Assembly: GCA_021770825.1 (NCBI GenBank)
Contig: JAETQD010000010.1
Location: 62,227 to 126,226 of the forward strand
From: Clostridium sp.
GTDB lineage: Bacteria > Bacillota > Clostridia > Lachnospirales > Lachnospiraceae
DNA: 64,000 nucleotides
Direction: 5' to 3'
Part shown: in pieces, positions 19,657-28,698 of the stretch
Layout: every line of letters begins with the position of its first letter
How positions within the stretch are numbered: the first letter of the stretch is position 1
The notes under the pieces: generated by a model
Seen by the model: the letters and a program-made list of their open reading frames with translations, nothing else
The model's database searches: none
Told to the model about the DNA's origin: nothing
Translations under genes and position numbers: made by a program

Positions 19657-20412
19657 ATGAAAAAATTATCTATCTATGCCATCACTGCTTTCAGCGCCCT
19701 CACCGTGACCGGAGCCATTCCGTTCCAGTCTTTTGCGGCCCCAAAGGCCATTGTCATCTCCGGCGGAAACTCCGGCAGCTGTCTTTCTGCTTTTGGCATC
19801 TCCAATCCGGACGCCCTGATTCCTGATACTTCCTGTCTGGATGTTTCCTGTCAGGACTCCTTCCCGTGGAGCTGCATTCCGGGGCTTTCCGACCTCTGCA
19901 CATCCAATCTGTGCAGCCCGGACTGTTCGCAGGCTCCCGGCACCTCAACTCCGGACCTTCCACAGCTTCCCGGCACCTCTACTCCGGACCGCCCGCAGCT
20001 TCCCGGTACATCCACTCCGGACACCGATGTGTCTTCTGATGCCTCCGTTGCCCAGGTGCTTTCCCTTGTCAATGAAGAGCGGGCCAAGGCAGGTCTTCCT
20101 GCCCTCTCCTTAAATACCTCCCTGTCCGCTGCCGCTTCCATCCGGGCCGCAGAGATTCAGACCTCCTTCTCCCACACCCGTCCGGGCGGAAAAGATTTTT
20201 CCACGGTTCTCAAAGAATCCGGCATCTCCTACCGTGCCGCCGGAGAGAACATCGCCTACGGCCAGACCTCTGCACAGAAGGTCATGACTGACTGGATGAA
20301 CAGCGCCGGACACCGCGCCAACATCTTAAATACATCCTACACAGAAATCGGCATTGCCCACGTAAAAAACGCATCCGGCACCGATTACTGGGTACAGCTT
20401 TTCATCCGTTAA
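19657..20412 (+). CDS. Secreted CAP/SCP-domain protein (YkwD-like) with an N-terminal Cys-rich region and PGTSTPD repeats
   Basis: Signal peptide MKKLSIYAITAFSALTVTGA. C-terminal CAP domain (…NEERAKAGLPAL…GHRANIL…TEIGIAHV…). AGGAGG ribosome-binding site. Confidence 0.8.
   Translation: MKKLSIYAITAFSALTVTGAIPFQSFAAPKAIVISGGNSGSCLSAFGISNPDALIPDTSCLDVSCQDSFPWSCIPGLSDLCTSNLCSPDCSQAPGTSTPDLPQLPGTSTPDRPQLPGTSTPDTDVSSDASVAQVLSLVNEERAKAGLPALSLNTSLSAAASIRAAEIQTSFSHTRPGGKDFSTVLKESGISYRAAGENIAYGQTSAQKVMTDWMNSAGHRANILNTSYTEIGIAHVKNASGTDYWVQLFIR
19936..20025 (+). repeat. About 2.7 copies of a 33-nt in-frame tandem repeat (PGTSTPDLPQL / PGTSTPDRPQL / PGTSTPDT)
   Basis: Direct DNA repeats cccggcacctcaactccggaccttccacagctt / cccggcacctctactccggaccgcccgcagctt / cccggtacatccactccggacacc. 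Confidence 0.6.
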
Positions 20413-20614
20413 TATTTCTTCGTAAAAGAATCCCGGTTCTCTCCATCAGGGGGAAACCGGGATTTCTCATCCAAAGGTCACACCAGCCGCAGCGTGTTCC
20501 CGGGATAATCATTGGCGAGACCGGACACCTGCGATACGGACATGCCGCACTCCTCCCGGAACTGATGTGACAAAAACATTATATGACAGAATAAAGAAAG
20601 TTTCAACACATGAT

Positions 20615-20959
20615 TCAAAGCTCCTCTTCATGCTCCGACAAATAGGCTACCAGTCCGTCGATGAATTGTCCGTTTCTCGGCTTTGCGTTGACTGGATAGG
20701 GAACGATCTCCTTTAACAGTTTCCTATTTCCCTGCTCCCATATGGTATCCACCACCGTTCGGATGTTCCGCTCCACACAAAAAGGAGTGGTGTTGTAGAG
20801 CTGGGCTACCTCATTGTACAGCCATTTGCACTGGTAAATGAACACTTCGCTTTTCATTACCATTTCAATGGCGCTGGCTGTATAGTAAAAACCCAGATAC
20901 CCTCCGTTGGCACCGAGCTGCCTCAGCAGACGGTGCGCTGCATTCTCTTTTTTAATCAT
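20615..20959 (-). CDS. Stand-alone Spo0A C-terminal (DNA-binding) domain protein with no receiver domain
   Basis: The 114-aa protein aligns to the Spo0A C-terminal domain. [13 protein letters not shown] aligns with [45 protein letters not shown] aligns with [47 protein letters not shown] aligns with KPTNSEFIAMVADKL. Confidence 0.75.
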   Translation of the reverse strand: [114 protein letters not shown]

Positions 20960-21065
20960 TTGTCAACTCTCCATTTCTTCTGTATGTTTTCCCTTCTATT
21001 TTAGTATGGGAAAACCGAGACGAAAACAGAATTGTCGCGACATCTTTCGACATCGTGTAAAATTA

Positions 21066-22295
21066 CTAATTTAACTCGGCAATTCTGGTGATTCCGACAT
21101 AGATATGGGAGATTTTGTACCAGGTGGCAAAATCCACCACTCCCGTGACCGGAAGGCCGAACACCGACTGGAAAGCCTCCACCGCATTTGCCGTGGCCTG
21201 GCCGTAGATTCCGTCGGGACGGATCCTGGGAATTGCCGTATAAATGGTGGCCACCGTATCAAGCTGCTCCTGTATCTGCTGGACCTTGTTTCCGCTGCTT
21301 CCAATGGTCAGGTCCGCTCCCGGCCAGGAAGACGGAATGCCGGAAATCTGTTCCGCCGTATTGATATACATGTCATCCCCGTAAAAATACCGCAGAATCT
21401 CAATGGGACTGTATCCTCTTTCGCCCAAATCACAAGACCCCCACTGAGTCATCCAGCCGGGACAAGTTACCTGTCTGCCGTCACAGTACTGGGTGAGAAT
21501 GGGCTGCTTCACCTCCGGCCTGGACAGGAAATTGTCAAAAATATCATCCACCACCACAGAGATGGACTCATAAATATTCCGCCCGTAAATCCATTTATGG
21601 TCATAGGCCGTGGAGGATGTAATGGTGAAATCGTATCCCTTGTTCCGGTACCATTCCGTGTACACCCGGTTTAGGGTGAAGGACATGATAGCCAGCACAT
21701 TGGCTGTGATGGAGGCCTGGGGCCAGGTGGCATAGATTTCACTGGACGCCACGTTTTTAATGTAATCCCGGTAGGGAACGTAATAGTTTTTTGCAGAGGA
21801 GTTGGAGGGGACCCCGTCATGGACCACCACAGTCTGGGGAACCACAACCCTGGAAAGCACAATCTCCCCGCTTTCCCCCATGGGTTTGATTTCACTCTCC
21901 GCGATTTTCGGAGGGAAGCTCCCATAAAGGGTGTGGTCAGGAATTACAATGTCTTCCTCGGCTCCCTCTGCCTGGGATAAGGGAATCAGCCTGGCCCCCT
22001 GGAGGGAGGTGGCCTCAGCCAGAATTTCCGAGCCGGAAATCACAAGCGGCTCATATCCCGGCGCCACGATGCGGATGGTATACTCTGCATAGGGCCGTAC
22101 CTCCACAGGATTTAAGCTGAGCTCCACCGGAGGCGCCTCCAGCGCCACATTCTCTGTCTGCCCGGAGCTGTTGGTGGTCAGCTCCTCCAAAATAACATCC
22201 GGTTCCTCCGTCTTCGCTATGGAAATTTTTGCATCTGTAATGGGAAAATTGTTGGTGTCAGAAACGACATCCACCTGCAAATAGCCTTGTGCCAT
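21066..22295 (-). CDS. SpoIID/LytB-like domain protein with a C-terminal peptidoglycan-binding domain (PG_binding_1)
   Basis: Central region (…SSEIYATWPQASITANVLAIMSFTLNRV…YDFTITSSTAYDHK…) follows the SpoIID/LytB hydrophobic pattern. The C-terminus GIYGQATANAVEAFQSVFGLPVTGVVDFATW is a classic PG-binding repeat. Confidence 0.5.
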   Translation of the reverse strand: MAQGYLQVDVVSDTNNFPITDAKISIAKTEEPDVILEELTTNSSGQTENVALEAPPVELSLNPVEVRPYAEYTIRIVAPGYEPLVISGSEILAEATSLQGARLIPLSQAEGAEEDIVIPDHTLYGSFPPKIAESEIKPMGESGEIVLSRVVVPQTVVVHDGVPSNSSAKNYYVPYRDYIKNVASSEIYATWPQASITANVLAIMSFTLNRVYTEWYRNKGYDFTITSSTAYDHKWIYGRNIYESISVVVDDIFDNFLSRPEVKQPILTQYCDGRQVTCPGWMTQWGSCDLGERGYSPIEILRYFYGDDMYINTAEQISGIPSSWPGADLTIGSSGNKVQQIQEQLDTVATIYTAIPRIRPDGIYGQATANAVEAFQSVFGLPVTGVVDFATWYKISHIYVGITRIAELN

Positions 22296-22354
22296 AACTG
22301 CCTCATAAAAAGGATGTTATGATAGCATATGGCCGCTCGAAAAAAAATGGAACA

Positions 22355-22400
22355 AAATCGCAGAAAAAACTTGTGGAATCCAGGATTTTGTGATATGATA
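22355..22400 (+). promoter_or_regulatory. Candidate sigmaA promoter for the tRNA pair (TTGTGG-17-TATGAT with TG extension)
   Basis: cTTGTGGaatccaggattttgTGaTATGATacttgcgat, about 9 nt before the tRNA 5' end. Confidence 0.35.
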
Positions 22401-22408
22401 CTTGCGAT

Positions 22409-22481
22409 GGGGCATTAGCGCAGTTGGGAGCGCGTTTGAATGGCATTCAAAAGGTCGTGGGTTCGAATCCCATATGCTCCA
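22409..22481 (+). tRNA. tRNA-Ala (anticodon GGC)
   Basis: Manual fold. Acceptor stem GGGGCAT/ATGCTCC with the G3:U70 Ala identity pair. D-arm GCGC-AGTTGGGA-GCGC. Anticodon loop AT-GGC-AT. T-arm GTGGG-TTCGAAT-CCCAT. Confidence 0.8.
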
Positions 22482-22486
22482 CTTTT

Positions 22487-23164
22487 TTATTTGCAGATAT
22501 GGTTCATCGGTAGAACGCTAGCTTCCCAAGCTGGAAAGGCGGGTTCGACTCCCGTTATCTGCTGACAATATGATTCATGGCATAAATCCTCTGGTTTTCC
22601 AGGGGATTTTTTTAATAGCTCCTCCATCTGCCTCACCCCGCGTTTCTGGGAGGTGATGATAGCGGTGAGAATGGGGACCAGGTCCGGGCAGATGTTCTGG
22701 GACAAGGCATTCTCCGACATGCGGATGGCTCCCATGTGATGGGGAATCATTTCCCGCATGAAATCTGTGTTCAGATCATTGTCCGCGGGCGCCGACCCCA
22801 TCTCGGAAAACATGGTTTTCATGATCGATTCTGTTTTATTCTGGTAAGCCCGCACATCCTGCGGCGGGTTCATAAGCCGCCTGCAAAGGGGAAGGGCCGC
22901 TTCCATGTCAGCAATGCTTTTTGTCTGCTCGGAAATAATCTGGAGGGCAATGTTCTGAAGGGGAATGTTGGTGGTAAACCGCAAAAGATTTTTGGACATT
23001 TCAATGGCTGCCCTGTGGTGGGGAATCATCTGCACAATAAAATTATGGGAGATGCTCTCTGTAAGCGGCGCCCCGGTCATCCCCTCGATGAGTTCTCTCA
23101 ATATCTTCTCATAGGTTCTCAAATATTCGGAAGTAACAAGACTCAGCGTATTCTGGCTGTTCAT
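22487..23164 (-). CDS. DUF305 domain protein
   Basis: Two MIPHHxxAIxMS motifs (MIPHHRAAIEMS, MIPHHMGAIRMS) typical of DUF305. Start trimmed to MNSQN. The last ~25 codons lie antisense to tRNA-Gly. Confidence 0.7.
   Translation of the reverse strand: MNSQNTLSLVTSEYLRTYEKILRELIEGMTGAPLTESISHNFIVQMIPHHRAAIEMSKNLLRFTTNIPLQNIALQIISEQTKSIADMEAALPLCRRLMNPPQDVRAYQNKTESIMKTMFSEMGSAPADNDLNTDFMREMIPHHMGAIRMSENALSQNICPDLVPILTAIITSQKRGVRQMEELLKKSPGKPEDLCHESYCQQITGVEPAFPAWEASVLPMNHICK
22493..22563 (+). tRNA. tRNA-Gly (anticodon CCC)
   Basis: Manual fold. Acceptor stem GCAGATA/TATCTGC. Anticodon stem CTAGC/GCTGG with loop TT-CCC-AA. T-arm GCGGG-TTCGACT-CCCGT. Discriminator U. Confidence 0.8.
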
Positions 23165-23311
23165 GGTTTCTCTCCCTGCTCCATATCCGCAGACGGCCAT
23201 GGCAGTTTTTCCTTCTATCTAAGAATATGCCGAAACGTCCTTCTCTGTCACTTTTTTGCGGGCCGTGTCTGTTGCCCTGCTCCAAACGGCAACAAAAAAA
23301 GAGGAGCGTCA

Positions 23312-24424
23312 CTACTCCTCTTTCCTGAGCTTTTGTATTTCCTTCACCAATAGCTTTACATTGTAAAGAAACGAATCAAAGGCTCCGTATTGATAAAATT
23401 TTATGAAAATCAGTCCCACGGGAACTGCCAGAATCATTCCGGCAATTCCGCGGAATTTAAATCCCAGATACAAAAAGAACAAGGTGGTAAGGGGCGGAAG
23501 TCCCATGCTGTCGCCCACGATCTTGGGCTGGACAATCTGCCGTATGGCCTGGGTCAGGACATAAAGCAAAACCAGTCCTACTCCGTAGGCATATTCTCCC
23601 GTAACCACCTTCACAATGGCCCATGGAATCAGGGCTGTCCCCGTTCCAAACATGGGAAGAAAATCCAGAACGGCAATCCCTATGGCGATGATGAAGCTGT
23701 ACCGGACGCCAAGCAGCAAAAGTCCCGCAAACAGCACCACGGCCACCACGAACATGATCTTGAACTGGGCCAGGAAATATCCGCTGATGAGGGCTTTGGT
23801 GTCCTTTTTTAAGAAAGCGCCGTACTGCTTTATGCTCTCCGGCATCAGCCGCCTGATCTTTTCCACCAGAACATCATGCTCTGCCAGGAACAGATAGGAG
23901 GAAACCAGTGTCACGATCACATTGACAAGCACCTCCGGCAGCGTCCGCGCCACGGCTCCGCCCGCCGATGCGGCCAGGTCCTGCAAAAACTCGCCGATGG
24001 AAGCCCCCACGCTGTCCATGATCTGTCCAAAGGAATTTTCCATGTCCTCCGGTACAAAATTGAAGGTGTGGCTGAGACTTCTGTATGCCTGGGTCACCTC
24101 CTCCTGGATGGTCTCGTACAGTCCGGGAAGGGCCTCCACGAAGTCCTTCATCTCCCTGATGCACCAGCCCACAAGAAAGTATAGACCGAAAACCACCAGG
24201 GCCAAGACAGCCACCAGAAGCACCATGGAGCTGTGCTTTCTGACGATCTTTATTCTCCGTTCCAGAAACCGTACCAGAGGATTGGCAATCATGGCCACAA
24301 TCCACCCGATCACAAAGGGCATGAAAAAGACCAGGAGCCGCACGCCCCAGACGCACACTGCGTATACCGCAAGCACCGGAATCAAAATGTTCAAAAAAAT
24401 TCTCACATAAGTTCTGATATCCAA
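23312..24424 (-). CDS. AI-2E family transporter (UPF0118, PerM/YtvI-like)
   Basis: 370 aa, 7-8 TM segments, characteristic family architecture. Confidence 0.8.
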   Translation of the reverse strand: MDIRTYVRIFLNILIPVLAVYAVCVWGVRLLVFFMPFVIGWIVAMIANPLVRFLERRIKIVRKHSSMVLLVAVLALVVFGLYFLVGWCIREMKDFVEALPGLYETIQEEVTQAYRSLSHTFNFVPEDMENSFGQIMDSVGASIGEFLQDLAASAGGAVARTLPEVLVNVIVTLVSSYLFLAEHDVLVEKIRRLMPESIKQYGAFLKKDTKALISGYFLAQFKIMFVVAVVLFAGLLLLGVRYSFIIAIGIAVLDFLPMFGTGTALIPWAIVKVVTGEYAYGVGLVLLYVLTQAIRQIVQPKIVGDSMGLPPLTTLFFLYLGFKFRGIAGMILAVPVGLIFIKFYQYGAFDSFLYNVKLLVKEIQKLRKEE

Positions 24425-24445
24425 ATCACCATCCCGTTTTGTCTG

Positions 24446-25642
24446 CTATTTTACAAGTCCATACTCCCGGGCGATTTCCTTAAAGGCCGGAAGGGAACGT
24501 TCAATCTGCTCATAGGATACGCAGTAAGAGATTCTCACATACCCCGGACACGCAAAAGAGCTTCCCGGAACCATAAGAACGTGATGCTTTTTAGCTGCCT
24601 CACAGAATTCCTTTTCATCCGCCACCGGGGACTTTAAGAACATATAGAAGGCGCCGTCCGGCTTTGCACAGGTGAATCCATACTCCATCAGGGCATTGTA
24701 GAGAAGATTCCTGTTTTTCTCATAGGCTGCCACATTGACCGTCACATCATGATCGATACAGTACTTGATCACCTTCTGAATTAAGGACGGAGCGTTGACG
24801 CAGCCGAGAACACGGTTTGCAATGGTGGCTGCTGTGATTAACTTTTCACTGTCCTCCACCTCATCGGGAATCACCAGGTATCCGATTCGCTCGCCAGGTA
24901 TGGAGAGGGATTTGCTGTAAGAATATCCCACCACGGAATTACGGTAATACTTCGTCACAAAGGGAACCTCTGCGCCGCCGTAAGCCAGCTCTCTGTACGG
25001 CTCATCGGAAATCAGTACGATGGAAGTTCCGAATTCCTTTTCCTTTTTCTCCATGATGGCAGCCAGTGCCTTTATGGTCTCCTCTGTATAGACCACACCA
25101 CTGGGGTTGTTGGGGTTATTGATGATCACGGCCTTAGTCTTTTCGGTGATCTTCTCCTCAAACTCCGTAAGCTTCGGCATAAAGGTTTCCGTATCCGGAG
25201 AGATCACCACAACGGTTCCGTCGTAGTTTCTCACATATCCGTTATACTCCACAAAATACGGGGCAAACACGATTACCTCATCGCCGGGGTTTAAAATACT
25301 CTTTAAAATCACATTGAGTCCGCTGGCGGCGCCCACGGTCATAATCAGGTTCTTCTGGGAGAAGGCGGTACCGAACCGTTTGTTTAAGGATTCGGCGATG
25401 GTCTGGCGCACGTCCTCATATCCGGCGTTGCTCATGTATCCGTGCAGGGTATTGAAATCCTCTGTCTTCAGGATTTCCATGATGGCCTCGTTGACCTCCG
25501 GCACCGGAACATTGGGGTTTCCCAGACTGAAATCATATACATTTTCCTTACCGTAAATGGCAGCCATCTTCTTTCCTTCCTCGAACATGGCCCGGATTGC
25601 GGAATTGTTCTCCATAAACGGCTTCATTTTTTCTGATACCAT
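24446..25642 (-). CDS. PLP-dependent aminotransferase, class I/II (aspartate/alanine aminotransferase-like)
   Basis: 398 aa. …YDFSLGNPNVP…, PLP-lysine region …SYSKSLSIPGERIGY…. Confidence 0.85.
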   Translation of the reverse strand: MVSEKMKPFMENNSAIRAMFEEGKKMAAIYGKENVYDFSLGNPNVPVPEVNEAIMEILKTEDFNTLHGYMSNAGYEDVRQTIAESLNKRFGTAFSQKNLIMTVGAASGLNVILKSILNPGDEVIVFAPYFVEYNGYVRNYDGTVVVISPDTETFMPKLTEFEEKITEKTKAVIINNPNNPSGVVYTEETIKALAAIMEKKEKEFGTSIVLISDEPYRELAYGGAEVPFVTKYYRNSVVGYSYSKSLSIPGERIGYLVIPDEVEDSEKLITAATIANRVLGCVNAPSLIQKVIKYCIDHDVTVNVAAYEKNRNLLYNALMEYGFTCAKPDGAFYMFLKSPVADEKEFCEAAKKHHVLMVPGSSFACPGYVRISYCVSYEQIERSLPAFKEIAREYGLVK

Positions 25643-27024
25643 AGCTGTTTTCCTCCACTGTCTTTAATTTTCTTTATGATCTCCACATATACTGCCGCAG
25701 CTCCCGTGGACGCAAAGTAGAACCAGGTGGCCGGGTTGGAATACCATGTGGTAAAAAACGAAAGCATAAAATACATGGCAGTCTGTGCATAAAACAACTG
25801 CCAGAACGGATTTCCGGAGCCGGAAACCTTTTTCATCAGCCATGCGGCAAAGACTCCCAGGGCCGCCGCGAAAAAGAACACCCCGGCGGTGCCGAAATCA
25901 TAGTAGGCATCGTAAAACAAGGTCACCGTTGTAAGCTCTTCCTTGGTGGTATAAATGGGATAGGCCACAAGCTCCGGCTTTAAAAACTTAAGTCCCGTGA
26001 GGGCCCAAACCGGGAACAGCCCCTTGATTCCATAGGCATGTGCCGGAAGCTCCTTCACCAGACAGTTGAAATTGTCGTAATTGTTTGCAATATACATGTA
26101 GGGCTGGGTAATGAAGATCGGGGTATTCTCATTCTTCATCTCAAAAATCCCGTTCAGATACGTCACATCATGACTTCTGGCCACCGTAAGCACCACATAT
26201 AAGGGCACAAGTGCTGCCGCCGCCAGAAACAGATACCGGATTTTCTTTTCCCCCGAAATCTGCATAAAGGTGAGCACTGCCAGAATCACTGCAAAAATAA
26301 GCTGGAATCTGGAGACGCACAAAACGGGAATGCCAACTGCAAGGGCTGCCGCCGCTGCCGCAAAGAACTTCTTCTTCCTTCCGGCTTCCCTGCACTTTAA
26401 AAAGTAAATCACTGCCATGGAGGGCACCAGCACACAGGATACGGTGAAATAATGCACCCCGGAAATATGAAAATAAGAATATGCATGGGGAACTCCCCGC
26501 AGGAAAAACGGCACATAGCCAAGCACGGACGCTTCCAGAAGAAAGGCGCCGAAGGAAACGGCCGTCAAAAGAAGAATGGCCGTAAACAGGCCTGTTTCAT
26601 ATCCGGAGTCAACTAAAGTTTCCTCCTGCTTCCCTGTTCCTTCCCGCCGATTCCTTCTTCCCCGAAGCTTCGTCTCTTCCAACCGCTCCGCTTTTTCCCC
26701 GGCTGCTGCCTTCTCCTGTCCCGCCAGCAATTTCTGTGCAAATTCAAACACCGTCCAGAACGCCGCAAGGGCCACGAAGAAACAGGCCCAGGTGGTATAT
26801 TCCCAGTCCGTCTGAAGCCTGCTTAACTTAAAACAGGAGATTCCCTGGCCGCCCACCCAGAAAAGGGAAAACAGGGCCCTTAAATGAAGCGGGTTCCCGG
26901 TTCTTTTGTAATCGTAAACATACAGGTACAGAGCCGCCATGAGAAGACTGACCCCGGACATATAGTAATGGGCGCTGGATGCAAAAAGCATACCGGCGCC
27001 ATAACAAATCAAATAAACCAACAT
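25624..27024 (-). CDS. Polytopic membrane protein, O-antigen/oligosaccharide repeat-unit polymerase (Wzy)-like
   Basis: 466 aa with about 12 TM segments and a large loop. No catalytic motif could be verified. Confidence 0.35.
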   Translation of the reverse strand: MLVYLICYGAGMLFASSAHYYMSGVSLLMAALYLYVYDYKRTGNPLHLRALFSLFWVGGQGISCFKLSRLQTDWEYTTWACFFVALAAFWTVFEFAQKLLAGQEKAAAGEKAERLEETKLRGRRNRREGTGKQEETLVDSGYETGLFTAILLLTAVSFGAFLLEASVLGYVPFFLRGVPHAYSYFHISGVHYFTVSCVLVPSMAVIYFLKCREAGRKKKFFAAAAAALAVGIPVLCVSRFQLIFAVILAVLTFMQISGEKKIRYLFLAAAALVPLYVVLTVARSHDVTYLNGIFEMKNENTPIFITQPYMYIANNYDNFNCLVKELPAHAYGIKGLFPVWALTGLKFLKPELVAYPIYTTKEELTTVTLFYDAYYDFGTAGVFFFAAALGVFAAWLMKKVSGSGNPFWQLFYAQTAMYFMLSFFTTWYSNPATWFYFASTGAAAVYVEIIKKIKDSGGKQLWYQKK

Positions 27025-27030
27025 ATGCGA

Positions 27031-27294
27031 TTATTCTCCAAGCCCGCTCTCCACAAGCTGAACCATATCCGCCAGGGCCCTCTTTTCATCCGGCCCTTCA
27101 CAGATAAACGTAATCTCATCTCCGCTTTTTACGCATGCCCCCAGCACGCTTAAAACGCTTTTTGCATTGGCTGTGGAATGCCCAAACTGAAATTTAACCG
27201 TTGACTGGTATTTGAGGGCTTCCTTGCACAGAATCCCCGCCGGCCTCAAATGCAGGCCGGTGGGATTTTTAATTGTAACCTTTTGACTTACCAT
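27031..27294 (-). CDS. ptsH: HPr-family phosphocarrier protein
   Basis: 87 aa. His15 sits in GLHLRPAG and Ser46 in AKSVLSVLG. It lies 12 nt downstream of cdaR. Confidence 0.75.
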   Translation of the reverse strand: MVSQKVTIKNPTGLHLRPAGILCKEALKYQSTVKFQFGHSTANAKSVLSVLGACVKSGDEITFICEGPDEKRALADMVQLVESGLGE

Positions 27295-27306
27295 ATCGTT
27301 TTCCTT

Positions 27307-28698
27307 CTACTCCTCCGATGCTTCCGAGGTGCTTTCCTCCTGGCTCTCATGAGCACCAGCATTGACCGTCTCAGCCGCTGACCCGTCCTCTGCTTCTGAA
27401 GAAGCCTCCATACTTTCGGCTCCCGGTCCGTCTGCACTGGACGCCTCGGTTTCCGGCTCCTCCTTTTCCACAATAACATTTCCGGCTGTGATGCTGACCA
27501 CTTCATATACCTGATCCAGTTCCAGATTCAACTGAACCTCCGCTGCATATCTGCCTTCTTCCATGGATGATACATCAATGGAAATATCCCGTGCCGTAAG
27601 ATTCAGGCTGTCCAGCTCCTCCTTCAGGGCCCGTATGCGGATCATCACATAATCCGGCTCCGCCTGGTAAATGTATTGGTCATCCTTTCCTTCATAGCAG
27701 CTATCCTCAAGGTCCACCGTATAAACGCGCTCTTCCAACTTCTCCACCGTCAGAATCACGTTGATTTCGTGGCGCCCGGTTCCCGCCAGGGAAACTCCCA
27801 CTGGCAGAAAATCATTTAAGTCGATGGTCTTCACCACATTGGTTCTGGCTCCATCCAGATTCAGGCTGTCCGCCGGAATAGAAATGGTATTTAAGGATGC
27901 CAATACAGACTTTAAGCCAATGACCGGAACGTTCTTCACATCACATTCCACACCTGTAAACCGGAATCCGTCCGCAACCTCACCGGAAACGGCAAAGTCC
28001 AGAGTCAGGTTCTTCACCTTGAGAATCTGAAGCTTATAGGAAACGGAATCGCAGTTGCTTTCAATCCTGCTGCTTAACTCAATCCTGTTTCCGTTGGCGT
28101 CATAATACAGCGGCGCCGTGGTTCCTTCTGCATCGGCCGACAGGCCTTCCAGGGAAATCTCCACTCCCACGCTGCTGATCTGTCCGATTAAGGACTCCGG
28201 ACCTTCCACATACAGATGTTCCGGAGACAGGGTGAGCTCACCAAGCTCGTATCCGTCCTCCAGTTCTCCGTTTAATGTGGATCCGATCTCAAACCGCTTT
28301 CTCTGGAGCGGTTCCGTCTCGATTTTTATGGTTGACACGCGGCTCACCGGATTGGAAACCAGATAATCCCCGTGATTTAAAACCTCTACTTTTACCGGAA
28401 TGGAGCCGGTCACAGACCACAGCTCCGTCATATCCGCATAGGCTCTGAAATCCGCCGGGCGGATTCTGTGGGCATTGGTGGTTTTCACCTCATACACCAC
28501 GGTTGTGGTTTTCTTTCCCACAATTTCATAGGTCAGACCGTTCTTCTCCAAAACTTCTGCATTGACAATCTCAACCGGAACCTCCACGGTGTCTGTCATG
28601 ACCGGGTCGGCCACATTGACAACGCCAAGCCAGACGAGAAAAGCACACAGAAGCGACAGAAGTTTAAGTCCCCAGCGCTTATTCTGTTTTTCTTTCAT
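27307..28698 (-). CDS. cdaR: CdaR (YbbR-domain regulator of diadenylate cyclase)
   Basis: N-terminal TM segment, multiple YbbR-like repeats, acidic C-terminal tail. Overlaps the cdaA stop by 20 nt. Confidence 0.8.
   Translation of the reverse strand: MKEKQNKRWGLKLLSLLCAFLVWLGVVNVADPVMTDTVEVPVEIVNAEVLEKNGLTYEIVGKKTTTVVYEVKTTNAHRIRPADFRAYADMTELWSVTGSIPVKVEVLNHGDYLVSNPVSRVSTIKIETEPLQRKRFEIGSTLNGELEDGYELGELTLSPEHLYVEGPESLIGQISSVGVEISLEGLSADAEGTTAPLYYDANGNRIELSSRIESNCDSVSYKLQILKVKNLTLDFAVSGEVADGFRFTGVECDVKNVPVIGLKSVLASLNTISIPADSLNLDGARTNVVKTIDLNDFLPVGVSLAGTGRHEINVILTVEKLEERVYTVDLEDSCYEGKDDQYIYQAEPDYVMIRIRALKEELDSLNLTARDISIDVSSMEEGRYAAEVQLNLELDQVYEVVSITAGNVIVEKEEPETEASSADGPGAESMEASSEAEDGSAAETVNAGAHESQEESTSEASEE

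Noticed and set aside
23874-24410. 160-aa (-) and 162-aa (+) ORFs overlapping the AI-2E transporter gene
   Set aside because: They are alternative frames of a hydrophobic membrane-protein gene, with Gly/Arg-rich low-complexity translations.
27288-27506. 72-aa basic ORF (MKWSASQPEM…) overlapping the cdaR 3' region
   Set aside because: It is an out-of-frame overlap with cdaR, Arg/Lys-rich, and has no ribosome-binding site.
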